DNA of 64,000 nt from an uncultured cyanobacterium (GTDB lineage: Bacteria; Cyanobacteriota; Cyanobacteriia; Pseudanabaenales; Pseudanabaenaceae). Both the position numbers and the translations under genes were made by a program. The notes below the pieces were generated by a model that did no database searches, was not told the origin of the DNA, and worked only from the letters and a program-made list of their open reading frames with translations. Shown piece by piece: positions 60,531 through 64,000 of this stretch (the first letter of the stretch is position 1; each line of letters opens with the position of its first letter). Location: the NCBI GenBank assembly GCA_963703315.1, contig OY969811.1, positions 2,656,001-2,720,000 on the forward strand, given 5' to 3'.

Positions 60531-60563
60531 TGATGGACAAATCTAGCAAGAGGACTGCCCCCA

Positions 60564-61550
60564 ATGAACAATAACAATGAAGTATATGATGTTTTAGGAA
60601 TAGATATCAGCAAAGCCAAATTTGATGTTGCTCTAATCCAAGGCAACGCCAAAATCAAGAGCAAAGTATTTGCCAACAATCCTGAAGGATTTGCTGAATT
60701 ACAAGAATGGCTAAACCTTCAAAATGTGACAAACTTGCATAGTTGTATGGAAGCTACCAGCACTTACGGCAATGGGTTAGCTAGATTCTTAGTAGAGGCA
60801 GGATACAAAGTAAGTATTGTTAATCCATCCCGTCCCAAAGCCTTTGGCAAGAGTGAGTTAAGTCGTACAAAGACTGACCGTGCTGATGCTAAAGTCATTG
60901 CTAGATTTTGTGCAGCCTTAAAACCTGCTCTTTGGACACCACCAGCATTAGAAATTGAGCAACTACAAGCATTGGTGCATCGTTTAGATAGCTTAACTGC
61001 TATGCAGCAGCAAGAGCAGAATCGTCTTGCTACGGCTGATCCAATTTTGGTTGAGGCAATTAATGCTCACATTGATTTTCTCAAAGAGCAAATTGAGATG
61101 ACCAAAAAATTGATCCGTCAGCACTTTGATCAACACCCTCATTTGAAATCTCAACGGGATTTGTTGACTTCTATTCCTGGTATTGCTGAACTGACCGCAA
61201 CTATATTACTGGCGGAAATTCGGGATATTTCTGCCTTTGATACTGCTGATCAACTGGCAGCTTTTGCGGGTTTAACTCCCCGTGAGTTCTCATCTGGTTC
61301 TTCGATTCATGGTAAGCCACGTTTATCTAAAATTGGTAATTCGCGTTTGCGTAAAGCTTTGTTTATGCCTGCGATTGTTGCCCGTCGTTATAATTTGCCG
61401 ATTGCTGCTTTCTGCGCTCGCCTTACGGCTAAGGGTAAGTCCAAAATGTCTGTCATTGGGGCTGTCATGCACAAGCTGTTACGACAGGTCTTTGGCGTTC
61501 TCAAGTCTCAGCGTTCTTTCGACCCAAATTTTGTTCAAATTCCCTCTTGA
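60564..61550 (+). CDS. IS110 DEDD recombinase
   Basis: Protein identical to copy 1. Confidence 0.95.
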   Translation: MNNNNEVYDVLGIDISKAKFDVALIQGNAKIKSKVFANNPEGFAELQEWLNLQNVTNLHSCMEATSTYGNGLARFLVEAGYKVSIVNPSRPKAFGKSELSRTKTDRADAKVIARFCAALKPALWTPPALEIEQLQALVHRLDSLTAMQQQEQNRLATADPILVEAINAHIDFLKEQIEMTKKLIRQHFDQHPHLKSQRDLLTSIPGIAELTATILLAEIRDISAFDTADQLAAFAGLTPREFSSGSSIHGKPRLSKIGNSRLRKALFMPAIVARRYNLPIAAFCARLTAKGKSKMSVIGAVMHKLLRQVFGVLKSQRSFDPNFVQIPS

Positions 61551-61632
61551 CTTTTTGGTACTCAAGACAGTATCTACAAGTTCGTTGTTGTAAATCGTTA
61601 AGAGTGCTTTGCGCCGCCTTTATTTCAGAATT

Positions 61633-64000
61633 TTAAGGAAAGAAATCCTTGAGAAAGAGAGATACTTCGGCGCGATCGCTAACATTAAAGAAGTCAAGGG
61701 GAACAACTCCATCCAAATGCCGACTGACGACACTAAAACCTTGTCTGGCGCGACGATAGTTGATGACTAGAGGACTATTAGCTGGTAAGGGCGATCGCCA
61801 CCAAGCATCAAAATTCGCAGCATTTGCCATGCGATCGCTCATTACCTTGACTGTTAAAGCAGCACGCTCATCAAGAAGATTACTGGTGGCAAAGACATAG
61901 GCGCGTTCTAATAACTTGTCTCGCAAGTTAGGATTTAACCAAGCGGAAATCACCATTTCTAGAGGAGTTTGGGGATTTTGCTTCACTGCTTGCAAGGCGT
62001 TAGTGTCATTGGCGATCGCCTTGGCAAGTAATATCGCTGTCGGATTTTTAGTTTGCTTGAGTTCAGCAATGGCATCAGGTTTACCAGTCCACCATCGCAA
62101 AATAGCAAGGTTCAGTGATTGATTGGAAGTCTTGCTATATATTTCCTCAAGCTTGGCAACTACCTGTGGATAAAGGGGTTGAAAAGTTGGTTCTGTCCAA
62201 ATGGGACTCGTAATAAAGATCGGATCATTAATTACCTCACGGGTCATCGCGGCGATCGCTTCAGGGGTTTTACCTTGACGCAATAAACTCACACCTAAAC
62301 CAAAATAGAGAGACCGCTTCAGAGGGACTAGTTCTAAACCACGACGGAAGTAGCTCTCAGCTTCTTGAGCAGCACTAGTTTCAGGCTGTCGAATACTTAG
62401 CCATGCGGCGGCATTATACACCGCCTCATTATTAGGATTTGTGGCGATCGCTTTTTTGATCCATGCTAAGCCATCTTTTTGCCATGCGGCGGACTGCGGT
62501 AAGTTGGGATAATTCAGGGCGAGATCCGCTAAGTTCCATCCTAATTGATAGGGATAGTAAGGCTCCCAAGGAGCTAGTTGATTAGCTAATTTGAGCCGAT
62601 CTTGAAACTTGTCAATGGAAGTGAGGGCTTCCGTGAGAGATTCCTGTTTATTGCGATCTTCCATCAAATTGCTTTTTGCCCTTGATAGATATAGGAATCC
62701 CACACTAGAGGCTTGCCAAGCGGTATTTACGGGAACTAGCCATGCGATCGCCGCGATTAAATAGACTGTGGCAACAATTGCTAACCAAAGGCGAGGCTGC
62801 TTTTGATAGCCCAAGGTAATCAATTGACGGGTATGGATTTGTCCGAGATAGGCAAGACTTGCGAAGATAATTACCAAGCCGCCGCTAATTGCAGGGACAT
62901 CAAGCTGATAGTCGGTAATTGCTAACAGACCATATCCCAGCAAACTACCGAATAAACCATAGGCGATCGCCTGATCCTGTGGATGCGTTTGCCAACTCTG
63001 AGATTTATGTAACTTGATAAATAAGGTAATGATCGCCATGAGCAAAAAGACAAAGGTAATCACTGCCCCGATTCCCAGTTCTGCCCAAAGATGCACGGGG
63101 GTGCTGTGCAACTGAAATAAAAGCTCCGCTTCACGTCCAGCCCATTGTGGACGATATTGCTGATAGAGCATCACGGCGGAACCTGCCCCTGCCCCAAAGA
63201 GCCAATGCTCCAAACCAATCCGCCAACCCGTATCTGCGGCGATCGCCCTGAATAATAGCTCTCCTGAGCCTTGAGCAGGATTAGCAAAACTTGTGAATAG
63301 TCCTGAAATCAGCGATCTCAACCGATTATTCGCCGCGATCAAAAATCCTAAAATGGCGATCGCCGCACTACTGCCCCAAAACACTAACCAGCGATTGCCA
63401 CGATTCCGTAACAGAGCGACAATGACTCCAAACAAAACAATGCCCCCTAGTCCCAGAAAGCCCCCCCGTGAACTGGTGGTATATAAATCGAGTAAACCTA
63501 AGCCGATCGCTGTCAGCCATAGTGATCGCCATATCCCCTGTTGAGCGATCGCTAAGCTAGCAAAAATTGGTAAAACCAACATCAAAAATCCTGCCACATA
63601 ATTTTGATGCCCCATCGGAGCCCAATTGCGGGATTGCAAATCGGAAAAGTCATAACTAAGATTCAGCCCCCATTGATTGAGCTTGGCAAAACTAGCTAAC
63701 TGGGGTAACCATGTTTGGGTCGTCCACAAAAATAAGCTTTCTAAAATTACAGCAAGTCCTAACAAGCCATGAAAACGCATGATTGGTAAGAGTGCCGATG
63801 TTTTTTCTACAGTTGGCTCCAGATATTCTCTAGTTTTGGGTTCTCTAGTCTGGGGTTCAACAACCTCCCTATGCAAAAAATTATTAGTTACATACAGCGC
63901 TATAAAATAACCGAATGCAGTTAGGGCATACCACATACCCTGATTGGGAAACCGTGAAAACATCGTCGATAAGCACAGCGTTACGAAGCCAGAGCCAATT
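61633..64000 (-). CDS. O-antigen ligase (Wzy_C)-family membrane protein with TPR-like C-terminus, 5'-truncated
   Basis: GHQNYVAG, TSSRGG, FGAGAG, QLHSTPVHLWAELG; frame stays open to the window edge. Confidence 0.8.
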   Translation of the reverse strand, partial: IGSGFVTLCLSTMFSRFPNQGMWYALTAFGYFIALYVTNNFLHREVVEPQTREPKTREYLEPTVEKTSALLPIMRFHGLLGLAVILESLFLWTTQTWLPQLASFAKLNQWGLNLSYDFSDLQSRNWAPMGHQNYVAGFLMLVLPIFASLAIAQQGIWRSLWLTAIGLGLLDLYTTSSRGGFLGLGGIVLFGVIVALLRNRGNRWLVFWGSSAAIAILGFLIAANNRLRSLISGLFTSFANPAQGSGELLFRAIAADTGWRIGLEHWLFGAGAGSAVMLYQQYRPQWAGREAELLFQLHSTPVHLWAELGIGAVITFVFLLMAIITLFIKLHKSQSWQTHPQDQAIAYGLFGSLLGYGLLAITDYQLDVPAISGGLVIIFASLAYLGQIHTRQLITLGYQKQPRLWLAIVATVYLIAAIAWLVPVNTAWQASSVGFLYLSRAKSNLMEDRNKQESLTEALTSIDKFQDRLKLANQLAPWEPYYPYQLGWNLADLALNYPNLPQSAAWQKDGLAWIKKAIATNPNNEAVYNAAAWLSIRQPETSAAQEAESYFRRGLELVPLKRSLYFGLGVSLLRQGKTPEAIAAMTREVINDPIFITSPIWTEPTFQPLYPQVVAKLEEIYSKTSNQSLNLAILRWWTGKPDAIAELKQTKNPTAILLAKAIANDTNALQAVKQNPQTPLEMVISAWLNPNLRDKLLERAYVFATSNLLDERAALTVKVMSDRMANAANFDAWWRSPLPANSPLVINYRRARQGFSVVSRHLDGVVPLDFFNVSDRAEVSLFLKDFFP

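Larger units (their letters stand above)
60312..61575 (+). mobile_element. IS110-family element, copy 2 (1264 bp including both CT cores)
   Basis: Junctions TCTACCC-CT-TGTATCT...ACAGTAT-CT-ACAA; 252 nt from the left core to the ATG, 25-nt right end. Confidence 0.93.

Noticed and set aside
58857..61593. Duplicated 103-aa ORFs MSSHLVLRF... (58857-59168, 61282-61593)
   Set aside because: Alternate-frame overlaps of the IS110 recombinase that diverge exactly at the element end.

Overview
Cyanobacterial chromosomal segment. It carries very dense HIP1 GCGATCGC octamers, pipX, GUN4, CO2-uptake ndhF/ndhD and desA; a Pseudanabaena-like organism is my inference. Main contents: sbcC, modA-modBC, a Nit1C nitrilase cluster with two NtcA-type promoters, several two-component genes, a TpsB/2xTpsA/CHAT/DUF928/CHASE2-cyclase locus, two toxin-antitoxin pairs, an IS5 splitting a DUF4332-like gene, a decayed moaD fragment and many intergenic palindromes. 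The standout is two near-identical IS110 (IS621-like) elements in inverted orientation (58875-60139 and 60312-61575), each inserted at a CT core in the outer arm of a REP-like hairpin. Their ~250-nt non-coding left ends contain a readable bridge-RNA layout: one loop carries guides matching the actual insertion sites (TCTGCCCCT / TGTAG) and a second loop carries guides matching the element's own circle junction (GACAGTATC / ACAAG). Family assignments come from reading motifs by eye; no database searches were run.
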